Source of the DNA: Paraspadella gotoi
Taxonomy: Eukaryota > Animalia > Chaetognatha
DNA: 64,000 nt
Direction of reading: 5' to 3'
Assembly (NCBI GenBank): GCA_051294375.1
Contig: CM119263.1
Span: 20,302,115-20,366,114 of the forward strand
Shown here: positions 22,827-35,430 of the stretch, in pieces
Numbering within the stretch: the first letter of the stretch is position 1
Layout of the letters: every line of letters starts with the position of its first letter
Position numbers and translations under genes: made by a program
Notes under the pieces: generated by a model
Seen by the model: the letters and a program-made list of their open reading frames with translations, nothing else
Database searches by the model: none
Told to the model about the DNA's origin: nothing

Positions 22827-24805
22827 AGAAGAAGAAGAAGAAGAAGAAGAAGAAGAAGAAGAAGAAGAAGAAGAAGAAGAAGAAGAAGAAGAAGAAGCTT
22901 TTGCTCGCCTCCGCTTTTACCCGTCATCTTCTAATGGCACTTAAGCAAACGGAACAAGCGCACCCTCCCATTTTTCTTTCTTTTTTTCTCCCTTTCTTGT
23001 TTCTTTTATTTATGGTTCTTTCATTTTTTCCCTACATGTATTCGTTCCCTGGCGTTAAAAGTCTATTGAACGTGTCATCCCCGAATGAAACTCAATCCTC
23101 GCGGGGGGAAGGGTAACACCCGGTCACACTATTGGGGGTTTCGAGACGAGGGCACGATCCACTTTAACTTTTCAGACTGATTAATTCGTTATGACGCAGT
23201 TTCTTCCTTTCCCAATGTCCAGCGTTGAGGGTCCACTGCAATTGAATCTGCTTTTTACCACTCAGTTCTGTTAATCCTTCCATGACCAATCTCTCCAACT
23301 TTCACCATCCAGAGTCCCTAAGCCCTTCCCTTCCATTCATGCTCCGTTCATTTGACCACATTAAGCCCACGACTAGCGAGCAGGCCCGGCGCCGAAATCA
23401 ATACAAATGGCGGGATTCACTTCGGATCGAATCCGTTAATCTCACTTTTTTCCCATTCGATTCGCGGCTTTGCTTTCTTTTCCATTTACGACTCTGCTTT
23501 GTTTTTTCTAATAGGCCATGACTTCCTTTTCAAACACTCCTATCGGCCATGCTTGGCTGTCGAAACATCCTGATCTTACTTAACGAAAACCCAAGATTTA
23601 TACAGCTAATAAGACAGCTACAGTAGTAGTTTTTCAAGCAATACGGACTGCCTATGACAATGATTTAGCAAATTTTTATCTCATTATTTGGCATGTATGA
23701 TCGGCAATTGAACAAGCACTAATTAAACTTTCATTAGGTATGAACTTTGTTTCTCCATGCAATCTACTGCCAATTTCAAAATAGATATCTATACCAGTTA
23801 ATTTTACCGAATTTTTTGTTGGAATTTTCTTCGCCAAATTTAAACCCAATCTCCGAATCAGTCCGATCGTCTCTTTAAGTTTTTGAGATTATCGTTCTTA
23901 TCCGTCTAAGGAAAATTTCCGGCGAGAGAAGCCAACAAACCAACAAAACTACAATATGTAAAGTGATATTTCGTTTGACATGTATTTTCCGGTATTGAAA
24001 GTAAATTAATAAGTAAATAAATCCGAACCTTGGACTCGTACTCGTACGTAATCTCGGTACAATCGATAACTTTCAAATTTTCTTAAAAACAAATTTTACT
24101 GTTTGTTCCAGAATTACCCTAGTAATTATTGACAATTGTAAAAAGTAAACTCACGAAATCTTTCATGGGTATAATTGACCGAACGGTTCACGTCGCTCTC
24201 GACAGTTAATGCCACAGGCGGTTCATGACCCATCCACTCTCGCCGCTAATGTCAGGTTCGTTGACCTTTTCCACGACTCTGATTGCGAACGGACGCCTGA
24301 GGGCGCGAGTCGTCACCGAGATAAGGGAAACCGGAAATCGGAAGAGAATGACGCCGAGTTGGAAACGACACGTGGGAGACTTTAATTCGGACGACGCCGG
24401 GGAAATGTGACGATAGAAAATGGTGATCTGCCACTTTGAGTTTGTGGCGAATGGCATTTGAGATGTGGTAATGGTAACGTGGTAGAATTACGGGCAGAAT
24501 GGAGAATGGAAGAACGGGCAGAATGGCGCGCTTATTTTTTAAGTCATTTCAATCTTCGACTTTTTACCAAGATATTGTATCGACATTTTATCGAGACTTT
24601 ATCAAGATTTTCCATCATTCTACTTCTAACCCAATTTCTTTTTATTAATTAGCTAAAAAAAGTAAGGTAGAACTTGAGTGAACCCTTTCATTTAGTTTTC
24701 CTTTTCATTTTATCACGAATCAAAAAGAAACGAGAGGCAAGTTCGATGAGCGAAGGATTAGAGATTAAGGAATAACACTGACGTGAAAATGGCGAAAATA
24801 GAAAA

Positions 24806-24854
<49 letters not shown>

Positions 24855-27685
24855 GACGTTCCATTACCAGTCGGTTGTCAAAATGATTCTGCGCTATGAG
24901 GTATGGAGTCGACAAATCTCGGTCAGGCGCTGGCATCCGCGTCTCAATTTTGAGATTCGTGACTGATGACGTCGTCAGCCGCCAACGCCGCCGCCACCAC
25001 CGACATCGCCGGGAAATGCCATTGACTCCGCTCGCTCTCTCTCCGCTCTCTTTCACCACAATCACCACCACCGCCGCCAGGATATGCCATCATCACATTT
25101 GCTATTTTTTTACCCAAAAGACTTGACGCCCTTTTTCTTGCCCACTCCACTCCCCCTACGCTCCTTCCATTCAACTCTCCCTCCCAACAGAGCGTTTTTC
25201 TTTCTTTTCTCCGAAGTCGACAAAATGGCCGTCGAAAATCGAGGTGACGACTTTGAATCGTCAAAAAGATGGCGTTGACGTTGCATGCGGCAACAAACGC
25301 AGTCATTTTGGTTAAGCCGAGGTCAGATCTGTATCGGAATAATAAAATAAACATGAATAATATTACTATTTGAATGTCAAAAATTCTCAATTGACCAATA
25401 AAAAAGCGACTGCCGAGTTTTTCCTCCATTTCGAAAAAGAAAATCCGTAGATGAGTGAAAGAAGTGCTAATGTTGACAGCGAATTCCGCTCCGTCCTAGC
25501 TAGAAAAGAAAAAAAAGAAAAGAAAAGAAAAGAAAAGAAAAGAAAAGAAAAGAAAAGAAAAGGAAAGGAAAGGAAAGGAAAGGAAAGGAAAGGAAAGGAA
25601 AGGAAAGGAAAGGAAAAGAAAAGAAAAGAAAAGAAAAGAAAAGAAAAGAAAAGAAAAGAAAAGAAAAGAAAGAAAGGAAAGGAAAGGAAAGGAACGAAAA
25701 GGAAAAGAAAAGAATTCTCTTCAATGTTTGTCATTACTGACAAATAAGTTATCTTTGCGAACCGAAAAAAAGAAAAAGAAAAAAATAAGACGAAAGGCAT
25801 TGATAATATTTCTCCTTCCAACTAAACGACAACAGTATTTTCACAGGGAAGAACTATTACTACAAAATCTATTTATAATCATCTCGATCTTCCACTTTTC
25901 TGATCGCATCTCGTCTTCTCCGTCGTTTCTTTCGACTGAGTTCATCGTCGCCATCGTCGTCGTCGTCTTCGCCGTAACGATACTGTCTCGCGACTTGATT
26001 GCCAAGGAATCCAAAATGGCGAACATAGGAATATTGATAAGTCAGAGATACAGCATTACTAGTCTTGCTCATTCGACTAGTTCCTTCCGTTTCTTTAAAA
26101 TGTTTTTCTCTCTCTCATCCCCCTCGAGTTGTTTCTCCTCTTCCGGTCGGCGATACTCAGACGCAGACGGCGTCGCCGCTTTTGACTTCGAAAAACATTC
26201 GCCACATTAAGTCGCCATAAAAACCGGCGCCGTTTCCGCCGATATAACGACAGCTGCGTCAGTTCCGACGGGAGCGGTGAAAGGGGCGTCGATATAGTGG
26301 GCTTGGGTGTCGTAAGAAGGTTTCCACATTGTCTTGGGTGTCGTACGTTGTAGAGTCTATTCCCGAGCGCCGAGGGTCGCGCGATCTTGGGTTCGAGCAT
26401 CAGCTGCAGATTGAAAGCCAACCGGCGACGATATTGCGGGCGCTGATTTCGCGACAATTACGGAAAGTCAACGGAAAGCAATGGCCTGCGGTGGATATCG
26501 ACGGCCTGATTTGAAACGCGACAGAAAACGAAATATTTGAATCAATTTGGGCAGCCATTCACTCTCGGCAACGACGCAACGCTCTCCGTTAAATTATCGC
26601 GAAATCACAAATCATTACTTAATGACTCCCCCAACATTCAAACTTCCTCTCCTGTTTTCGCCACGCCCTGACCCTCTCCCCCGCCCGCACCTTACCCTCT
26701 CTTCCCCGGCCTCGTCTTCGCTAATGGCGAGCGAAGCGAACTCACCATCGCGAAAGTCTTAAGCCTGCCTGACGACCACTTGCCTTTCGACCGAAAGAAG
26801 CGGGGATCGGGGAAAGGGGGGTCAGGGAAGGAAATAAAAAGGTTGGGGACTAATGAGGATTATTATAGGTATGAGTATGGAATAGGGATGGGATGCCTCG
26901 GGATGAGTGGGAACATAAAGACAGTGGGTGGGATAGGATGAGGTCACAGGAAGACATGAAGAGAAGGTAAAATATTTGAGATGATAAAGATGAATGGCCA
27001 TCTTTTCCGAAAGCGCCGCATTTTAACTTAAATTTATAATTAAGTTGTTTGTTTTTTTAGGTTTAAAAATTAAGTTAGACTTAGGAGTTAAGGATAGGAA
27101 TTGGGGTTAAAGACTAGAGATTGGAATTAAAGATTAAGGTAAAAATGAAATTAAGGGATTAGACACAGAAATGATATTCTTTCGGATAAAGAAAGAGAGG
27201 AAACCGTCCCGCGAGTTTTGATGCGAGGCGGAAGAGGATGGGAGGATCGATTCAGACGAAGACATTCAAGAAGAATAAATCCAATCGATTTTATTCGATC
27301 AACGGAATGGGGCGCGGCCACCCGCGGCCTCCCGCTTTATTAGATTCAGGAAATCTCCCGCGAAGAGAGAGAGAGAGAGAGAGAATAGTTTTAACCGCGA
27401 GACTTGCTAAAAATTCACTTAGCTGAAAAATTTAATTATGGATTCGTTGAAGGAAACCGTTTGTTGTCTGGCAACTCATTGGGAAGCAAATCAGGGATTG
27501 GCTGAATTACGAGTCGATCGGTTGCTTTAAGTTGGAGCTGAATGGCTGGAGACATTAGCGAGGGACTCGGTCAACCAAACTCGTATGAAACGACTTTGAC
27601 CGAGGATTAGTTTTTATCAAAATGGAAAGACACGCTAAAAAAATATGGATCGGGGGAGAGGAAAAGAGAGAGAAAGATAAAGAAT

Positions 27686-27783
<98 letters not shown>

Positions 27784-29954
27784 GATGATGTTGATGATAT
27801 TGACAGGAAACGAAGCAGATATTTATATACGTATATTTCAAAGATTGATTATACGTTTCTTCTATAATATTGTAGCCCAACTCGATTTCCGTTTTTCGTC
27901 TCATATTTCTTAATTCATTTTCTCATTCAGTCATTCCCTTTGAACTTCATTCCTCACCAACGAAAACGAGGCTCCACTGACGCAGTTCTCGCCGTCCACC
28001 ACGTGACCGAAATGACCATCACTCTTGACTTTGTGACTCCACAAGTCCAGTGAAAAACTCACTTTGTCTCCGTGACGCGTTGCACTGTCTCCGCTTCATT
28101 CTTCTCTCCCTTTAACTTATTCTCTCTCGGTTCTCAGTGACTTTTCTGACGATTACTCAAGATTGATTTCTTTCCTTTGCTATAACTAACCTTAATAGCT
28201 TTTTCGTGGCCTTTTTTCGTTTTATTTTTTATTTACCCGTTTTTATTCATATTCTTCCCAGATCAATAGCGTATTTCTCTATCTTTCTTTACTCCATTTT
28301 AACGAAGCAAACGATGAAGTTGTAAATCAAAACATTACACATTTCTTGATTAAAACGATTAAGTACAAAATGTAAAAAAAGGTATTTTAACGAAAAATGA
28401 CAAAAAGAAATACCCATAAAAACTACCATCACAAACCATCGGATGTCACTTAGTACTAATACCATTAAGAACCCGGACGCAAAAAGACTACTAGGACGAC
28501 GATACTCGGTTGTACCGACTTCATATACATACACCAAATTAGATTAAAATTAAATTATAATTTTCTCTCTTCTTCATTGCGTTAAAAGCCCCTCAGTCTC
28601 GGCATCTACGCGACAAAATTTTATTATCGGAAATTAGGAGGGAAAAAAGCCCCGATTTTCCATCTTTTCCATCTCTCGATTTTTCCCAGCGGGAACCCGT
28701 CACTCGTCACTCGGCTCAAGTGGGTCACGGGAAAACAGGAGACGTGACTCTGGATGAGGAATTTTTGTTTTCTTAGTCTTTTGGTAACGGCATATTACGA
28801 ATGAGTTTCATTAAGAAGATTAGAAAGTAGTTAAGATTATCAGTGATTACGAAGAAGTGGGTCTAAACCACTAACTTTGCTCTTTGGGATGTCCAAAATG
28901 CTTTTAGTTTCGAGAGCTCTGTCTAAATTAAAACAACAACAACGACGACGACGACGATGACCACTATGACCTCCACCACGACCTCGACAACATCCACTGA
29001 CCTTTCCGTCTGAAACGACCACCGAAAGACGTTCTTCTTAGCACCGGGCGCGCTCCCGTTCGGCACCACGTCGGCGCTCCTGGTCTGCCGACTGCCGACG
29101 CGCTCTTCCTCGGCGTCGTCGTCGCCGACGCCGCTGTTGTCGATGGCGTCGACGGAGAAGGTTAATTGGCGCGCGCGTCGATCGCGCCACTTCCGGCGTC
29201 GCTCCATCCCGACTTCGCTGATCTGCGTCGACGAGACTTCGAGATCCACGTGGCGCCGATCCAGATCCGACGCCGGGAGATCGTGCAGCGCGGATTCGGC
29301 GTCGTCGAGCGGTGCGGGCGGCGCCCGGGGCGAAGGGGACGTAGCCCGAGTCGGCGCCGGTCGTCCGAAGGTCGATCCTCGAATTGAGAAGAAGAGAAAT
29401 CGTCGCGGACGAAGCTGAAGGGGGGGGGGTAGGAGAGGGGGGGGGTTGAGATGGGAGAGAGGAAGGAAGTTGGTTTGTGGAAGAAGAATTAAAAGTTGTT
29501 TGTTAATTTTGAAGTCAGATTATTCGACAAACTGTGATTACAGGAAAAAATCCGCCCGTTATTTTTTTTCTTAAATACCTTTTTACCGTTTTATCATACC
29601 TCACGAAACAATAACCAATGCAATATTTCACAAAAATTGTTGACTTGTTTTTTCAATTTCAGAGAAACCAAATATTCGTCGGAAAAAAGATTTGAAAAAA
29701 GAATTCTGACAATTTGGCTGTAAATATTGTAAAAATCATGCTATTGAGGTATTGAAAAATTGTTAAAACATTGTATTTTAATATTTTTTAACTGTAATTT
29801 GACCTTGAGAATACTTAATGAGGAGCCAATATGGCGTTGAGCTTCAACGACGACGAGAGAAATGGAGCGACTGGTTTTCGGTCGGCGATCGGCCATTGAT
29901 TGGTTTCTGCCTCTTTTTCTCGCGCAAGGGTCAAGTTTGGAATTCCCATGAGAG

Positions 29955-29992
<38 letters not shown>

Positions 29993-32900
29993 TCTGGCGA
30001 CCGCAATCAATCCTCGCTCAGTTTCGACATTTTTGGCAAAACGTTTCTGCTGTCTCTTTTTTCCTCTCTTTTTTCTACATACATATCTCTACCTCCTTCT
30101 CTCTCTTTTTCACTTCCTCGTACTCTCGTTAGTAAACGCTAATGCGCGATTTTTATTTTTTTTTATTTTTTTAGTTCAAAATGTTAACTTAGTACATCAC
30201 GAAATCACCTCACGCCATCACTCACGTCATCGCCGTGTCCTGGTTTTCGCCTCAAGTTCACACTTCTGGGGCTCACAACTCACAAATCATTGCGAAGCTC
30301 GTAAACTTTTAAATAGTAGGATAAACATCATAGATCATATTCATAGCAAATCATTAATAAATCCAGTAACAAAGGATCAAAGAGTTAGTTGCTCCATAAT
30401 TCAAACAACGGCGATTTTTAGACTTTCACAATCGGCAACAACTTAAACAACTTAAAAATCCCCGGGGGTGGGAGCGGCAGCTCAGACGGACGCCGAAGAA
30501 GGAAGTGACTTAATAAGACTCTAGAGAAACGTTTGGAGGCGACACCTATGTTGCCGCCTTCGCCTCGGCACAAAGGAACGAGCTCACTCTTCGGCGATTC
30601 AGGATTTCGCGAAGAAAAGAATTCGTAATGGGTGAAAGGAGAAGAAAGAAATCTGGGTTGAAATTGTCCGCGGGTTTCTTTCCCGCCAAATTCTTTTTCC
30701 AGAAGACGATGATGATGACGACGACAACGACAATTACGAAGACGACAAAGAAGAAGACGACGACGTTTGAACCGAGGAAAGACAACCACAATTTAAAGTA
30801 GCATCAGACGAGACAAATCTGTGAATGAAAAAACCCACTTATTTGTCCTCCACAGTTTCTAATCTCTGAGGTCTGAAAATACTTTTAAACGGTCACAGTT
30901 GTGCTCAGAAAGGGAATAAGCAAATGGTCAATAGGCAAGGAATTTAAGAACAGACTACAACAAAAAAAGCCGCTTAGTTTTTCGTCTCTTCGCCATTTCC
31001 GGAGCTGTGAGCAGACTTTGTCACCAGGTGGTCCTCGTCGTTGGAATCTTGGTTCGTATCGACGTCGTCGTTGTCGTCGTCGTCTCCGCCCCATGGGATC
31101 GTCATCTCGCCCCATTAGAGGCCGCCTCCGTCGACGCATTTTGTTTTCACAATTGGCTTCAATGTTTACTCTGCCGTTTTATCTCGTAAACTCGGGGAGA
31201 GCTAATTGATGTGAAGATTTGACGCCCGCGCAGCCGGAGCAAACGAAAGAAGCCATTTGGCGGATGTCATTTCGATCCAGGCTTTGTTAAAACGTATTTT
31301 TTTACGACATGAAATGAAGTGAAAATTGTTAATTTATAATTATTCTATTTTTTACCAAATTTAAACGTTTTGTATTTAACGTATCGGGTCAGGGCTTTTC
31401 TTCTTCATCTCGCCCTCACCTCCTCATTCCTCACCTGGATTCTTCGGGAATTTTGCTCAGCGGTTCGAGATCCACGTGGCAGATGCTCCTCTGTTTTCGC
31501 ATCTTCCAACCGACGCCTCCGTCTCCGCCTTCCGTCGCCGCCGTCGCCGTCTCCGTCGACGCACCATTCATTAGCGGCAGATTTCCGCCGCCGCCGCCGC
31601 CGCCGCGTTTCATGCGCCGCAGCAGCAGATCCTCGTTCAACGAAAACGATCTCATGTCGTTGGAGAGGAATTTCTTGCGTCGATCGCCGAAGCGTTTGTC
31701 CGCGGGGCCGACGGCCCGCTTGGCCGCCGGCGAAGGCTTTTCGGTGGAGACGGAGTTGACGACGTCGTTGGGAAGTCGGGTCGGAGTGGCGACGTCGGCG
31801 TGACGGATGGGAGTGGAAGGATCGAGCAAAGGCGAAGTGTCCGTGAGATTCCCCGCCTTGTCCGGTGAATCGAAAGGCGGTCGTTTTGAGGAGAAAGTGA
31901 TCGATGGGGACACGCCCCCTTTTCCTCCTATTCCATTGATCTTCTCAATCTCTTCCCTTCCTCCCCTATCACCGCCTCCGAACATCAGAGAAAAATTGCG
32001 ACGTAAAAATTTGGGTTTGAGTATCGAGTCTTTGACGTCGTCGAGACTCGTCTCGCTCGAGCAGTGGGAGAGGCGAGTACGGGAAGAACGAGGACGCCTG
32101 GGGATTGGAAAAACGCGACGTCATTGGGTGTAAGTCCTTCGAAAAGAAATATTAAAGGGGCAGAACGTTTTGGTGGTCTCGACGTTTTTGCCCGAACTAA
32201 AAAAACTTAAGCAAGAAAATTTTAGCGGAGTCAAAATGAAACACTTTTTCCCGATGTTCTTTTAAATAACTGAATCGTTAACGATCTTGAAATCTACTTT
32301 TTAATTTCATGGCGGAAAAAATTTTACTCTTTCAATTGATACATAATTCAAGATATCATTTTTCAAATTTAAAAAGTTTAATTTCATAATGGAGTGCAGC
32401 TGCAAAAAAAAATTTATAAATTTTCCATATATTTCGACATAAGTTTCTATGAATCGGTACAACCAATATAAAAATTATCCATTCATTTAATAAATAAGCT
32501 ATCTTGCCCCTGACTTTGGACAGGCTTTGGTGGTTTAAGGCCTCCATCACTCTTACAAGATAATGACATAGCAGGTCCCTGCAAGGTTTCAATCAAGACT
32601 CTCTCACAGTCTTGTTTATTCACTCCCAGAGTACCTGGCTTCCCTATCAATGAAGTGGTATAATATTCAAAGAATGTTTTCAATTGTATGAAAGACCACT
32701 CCCTTAAGTATTAGATCGGGGAATACTTATTGTACTCCGCACTCGCATCAAAATACAAGGAGCTGAATTTTATGAAATCGCGGTACAAACCAATATAAAA
32801 ATTATCCATTCATTTAATAAATAAGCTATCTTGCCCCTGACTTTGACAGGCTTTGGTGGTTTAAGGCCTCCATCACTCTTACAAGATAATGACATAGCAG

Positions 32901-35349
32901 GTCTCTGCAAGGTTTCAATCAAGACTCTCTCACAGTCTCGTTTATTCACTCCCAGAGTACCTGGCTTCCCTATCAATGAAGTGGTATAATATTCAAAGAA
33001 TGTTTTCAATTGTATGAAAAGACCACTCCCTTAAGTATTAGATCGGGAATACTTATTTACTCCGCACTCGCATCAAAAACAAGGAGCTGAATTTTATGAA
33101 ATCGGTACAACCAATATAAAATATTCCATTCATTTAATAAATAAGCTATCTTGCCCCTGACTTTGGACAGGCTTTGGTGGTTTAAGGCCTCCATCACTCT
33201 TACAAGATAATGACATAGCAGGTCCCTGCAAGGTTTTCAATCAAGACTCTCTCCACAGTCTCGTTTATTCACTCCCAGAGTACCTGGCTTCCCTATCAAT
33301 GAAGTGGGTATAATATTCAAAGAATGTTTCAATTGTATGAAAAGACCACTCCCTTAAGTATTAGATCGGGGAATACTTATTGTACTCCGCACTCGCATCA
33401 AAATACAAGGAGCTGAATTTTATGAAATCGCGTACAACCAATATAAAAATTATCCATTCATTTAATAAAATAAGCTATCTTGCCCCTGACTTTGGACAGG
33501 CTTTGGTGGTTTAAGGCCTCCATCACTCTTACAAGATAATGACATAGCAGGTCCCTGCAAGGTTTCAATCAAGACTCTCTCACAGTCTATGTCTATGTCA
33601 TCTTCAGTGGAAGAAAAAGAATTAACAAACAAAACTTTTACAAAGTAAGAAATAGAGAAATAAAGAGAGAGAGACACAATAACAATGAAAAGGCTAAAGA
33701 CTAAATGACCTTAAAGTGGTCAGAAGAACCCAAAAAGGGTTGGCCCCCCACCCCTTCATAAGTCATTAAAGACACAGTTCCACGCGTCAGTTTTCACGTA
33801 GAAACTTATGTCGAAATATATGGAAAATTTATAAATTTTTTTTTTGCACTGCACTCCATTATGAAATTAAACTTTTTAATCATTATACTAACAGTGCATG
33901 AGATGACGTTAAAAGAATTTTTCAAATTTTTTTTCATTAAATACTTTTTCATTAGTTAGTAATCATGTGAAACAACGACAACAAAACATTCATTTTTAAA
34001 CAGCATTTACCCCAAGTTTGTCTGTACTTCGGAAATTGGTTTTCCTCCAAGGTTTGAAAATTTTTTTGTCTCTCTCTCTCTCTCCGTCACAGTCTTTTTC
34101 TTTTCTCTTCTTTTCTCATTTCTTTTTATGACGTATTTGTTCTTTACACCTGCTCATTTTTACCCTTTTTTTCCTTCTTGCCAAGGCGTCGTTAATTCTT
34201 TTTCCCATTTTTTTAACTACTTTATTTATTTCTTTTTAATTATGCACATTAAGTTTTCTCTCTTTTTTCCCCTTTTTCTCTTTCTTTCTCCATCTCTATC
34301 TTTCTTTCCTTCAAGTTCCATGTCACCTCTTGCTCTTTTTTTTCTTTTCTTATTAATAGGCCATAAATTTGTCGGCGACAGAATCGTTTTTTCTTCTTAA
34401 ATCACAATCGATTCATTAAAAACTTAGTGTTTGATCTACCGGCCATTACCTCGTAATTTTTGTTTTTTTTCTTTCATACGCTAAAATTGTTTTTTCTTAT
34501 TTTTCTTCTCTGCTGGTTTTTCCAACTTTTTTCCTTCATGTTATGTTTTCTACGTCTCAATGTCAACTCATATTTCTACTATTTCTTTTTATCGCTCTCC
34601 CCTCAATTATGCTTTCTCTGATACTCTACTTATATGAAATTGGTACAGCCAATATAAAAATTATCCATTCATTTAATAAATAAGCTATCATGCCCCTGAC
34701 TTTGGACAGGCTTTGGTGGTTTAAGGCCTCCATAACTCTTACAAGATAATGACATAGCAGGTCCCTGCAAGCTTTCAATCAAGACTCTCTCACAGTCTCG
34801 TTTATTCACTCCCAGAGTACCTGGCTTCCCTATCAATGAAGTGGTATAATATTCAAAGAATGTTTCAATTGTATGAAATGTTTGAAATGGAACATTCCTT
34901 TTCAAAGCCCTTAAATCGTCCAATCTCCCCCACCTTATTTCTTTGTATTTTTCTCTCTCTACTTCTTTTTCTCATCCCTACTTGTTCGTCTTCTTGAGCA
35001 AATCCTCCCTGAACGCCGCCATCTTTGACGACGCCGGCTCCCGCCTCTCTTTGGCCTCCGACGCCGGGGCGTCGCGCAGAATCGGCGAAACGGCGCCGTT
35101 TTCCTCTTCCTCTTCCTTCTTCCCATCGACGTCGGGCGAGTCGTCTACGTCGGCGTCGAAGGTTTTGGCACGCCCGACGTTCTTGAGGACGCCGCGACGA
35201 CAAGGGCGCGGCTGAGGGGCGGCGGTGGCGGAGGTGGGGTTGTCGAGGCTGTCAACCGGCGGCGGAGAGGGAGTGTCGCCGCCGAAGGGGAAGGCCAGAG
35301 ATTGTCTAGACGATCGGAGGGATGACAGCGATGTTTGAAGGTTTTTGAC

Positions 35350-35430
<81 letters not shown>

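Larger units (their letters stand above)
32448..33588 (-). repeat. Tandem array, ~3.5 copies of a ~325-bp structured unit (retrozyme-like)
   Basis: Equivalent positions at 32500, 32827, 33147 and 33476 (periods 327, 320, 329). Copies are near-identical. Confidence 0.95.

Noticed and set aside
24200-26520. GC-rich islets as further GPCR exons
   Set aside because: The 26.1-26.5 kb islet hits a stop in the required phase, and I found no convincing splice-site pairs for the others. Not excluded without RNA data.
27622-27913. Poly-Asp, poly-His and poly-Met ORFs (also the many RE/SL-repeat and poly-Lys ORFs elsewhere)
   Set aside because: They are translations of microsatellites with no splice or domain support.
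30418-31210. Linker exon joining exons 31435 and 29414
   Set aside because: The candidate acceptors gave in-frame stops or needed weak, atypical splice sites.
32586-32610. Hammerhead ribozyme core (CUGUGAG...GAAAC) in the repeat unit
   Set aside because: It lacks the invariant CUGANGA, and the segment is better explained as a simple hairpin.
32448-33588. CRISPR array or snRNA/5S gene cluster
   Set aside because: There are no unique spacers, the context is eukaryotic, and it does not match the U1, U2, U6, 5S or tRNA motifs I know.
32483-34923. Repeated short ORFs ([17 protein letters not shown]...[13 protein letters not shown])
   Set aside because: They are incidental frames in the repeat unit. 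They start at non-ATG codons or in flanking DNA, differ by frameshifts between copies, and show no recognisable domain.
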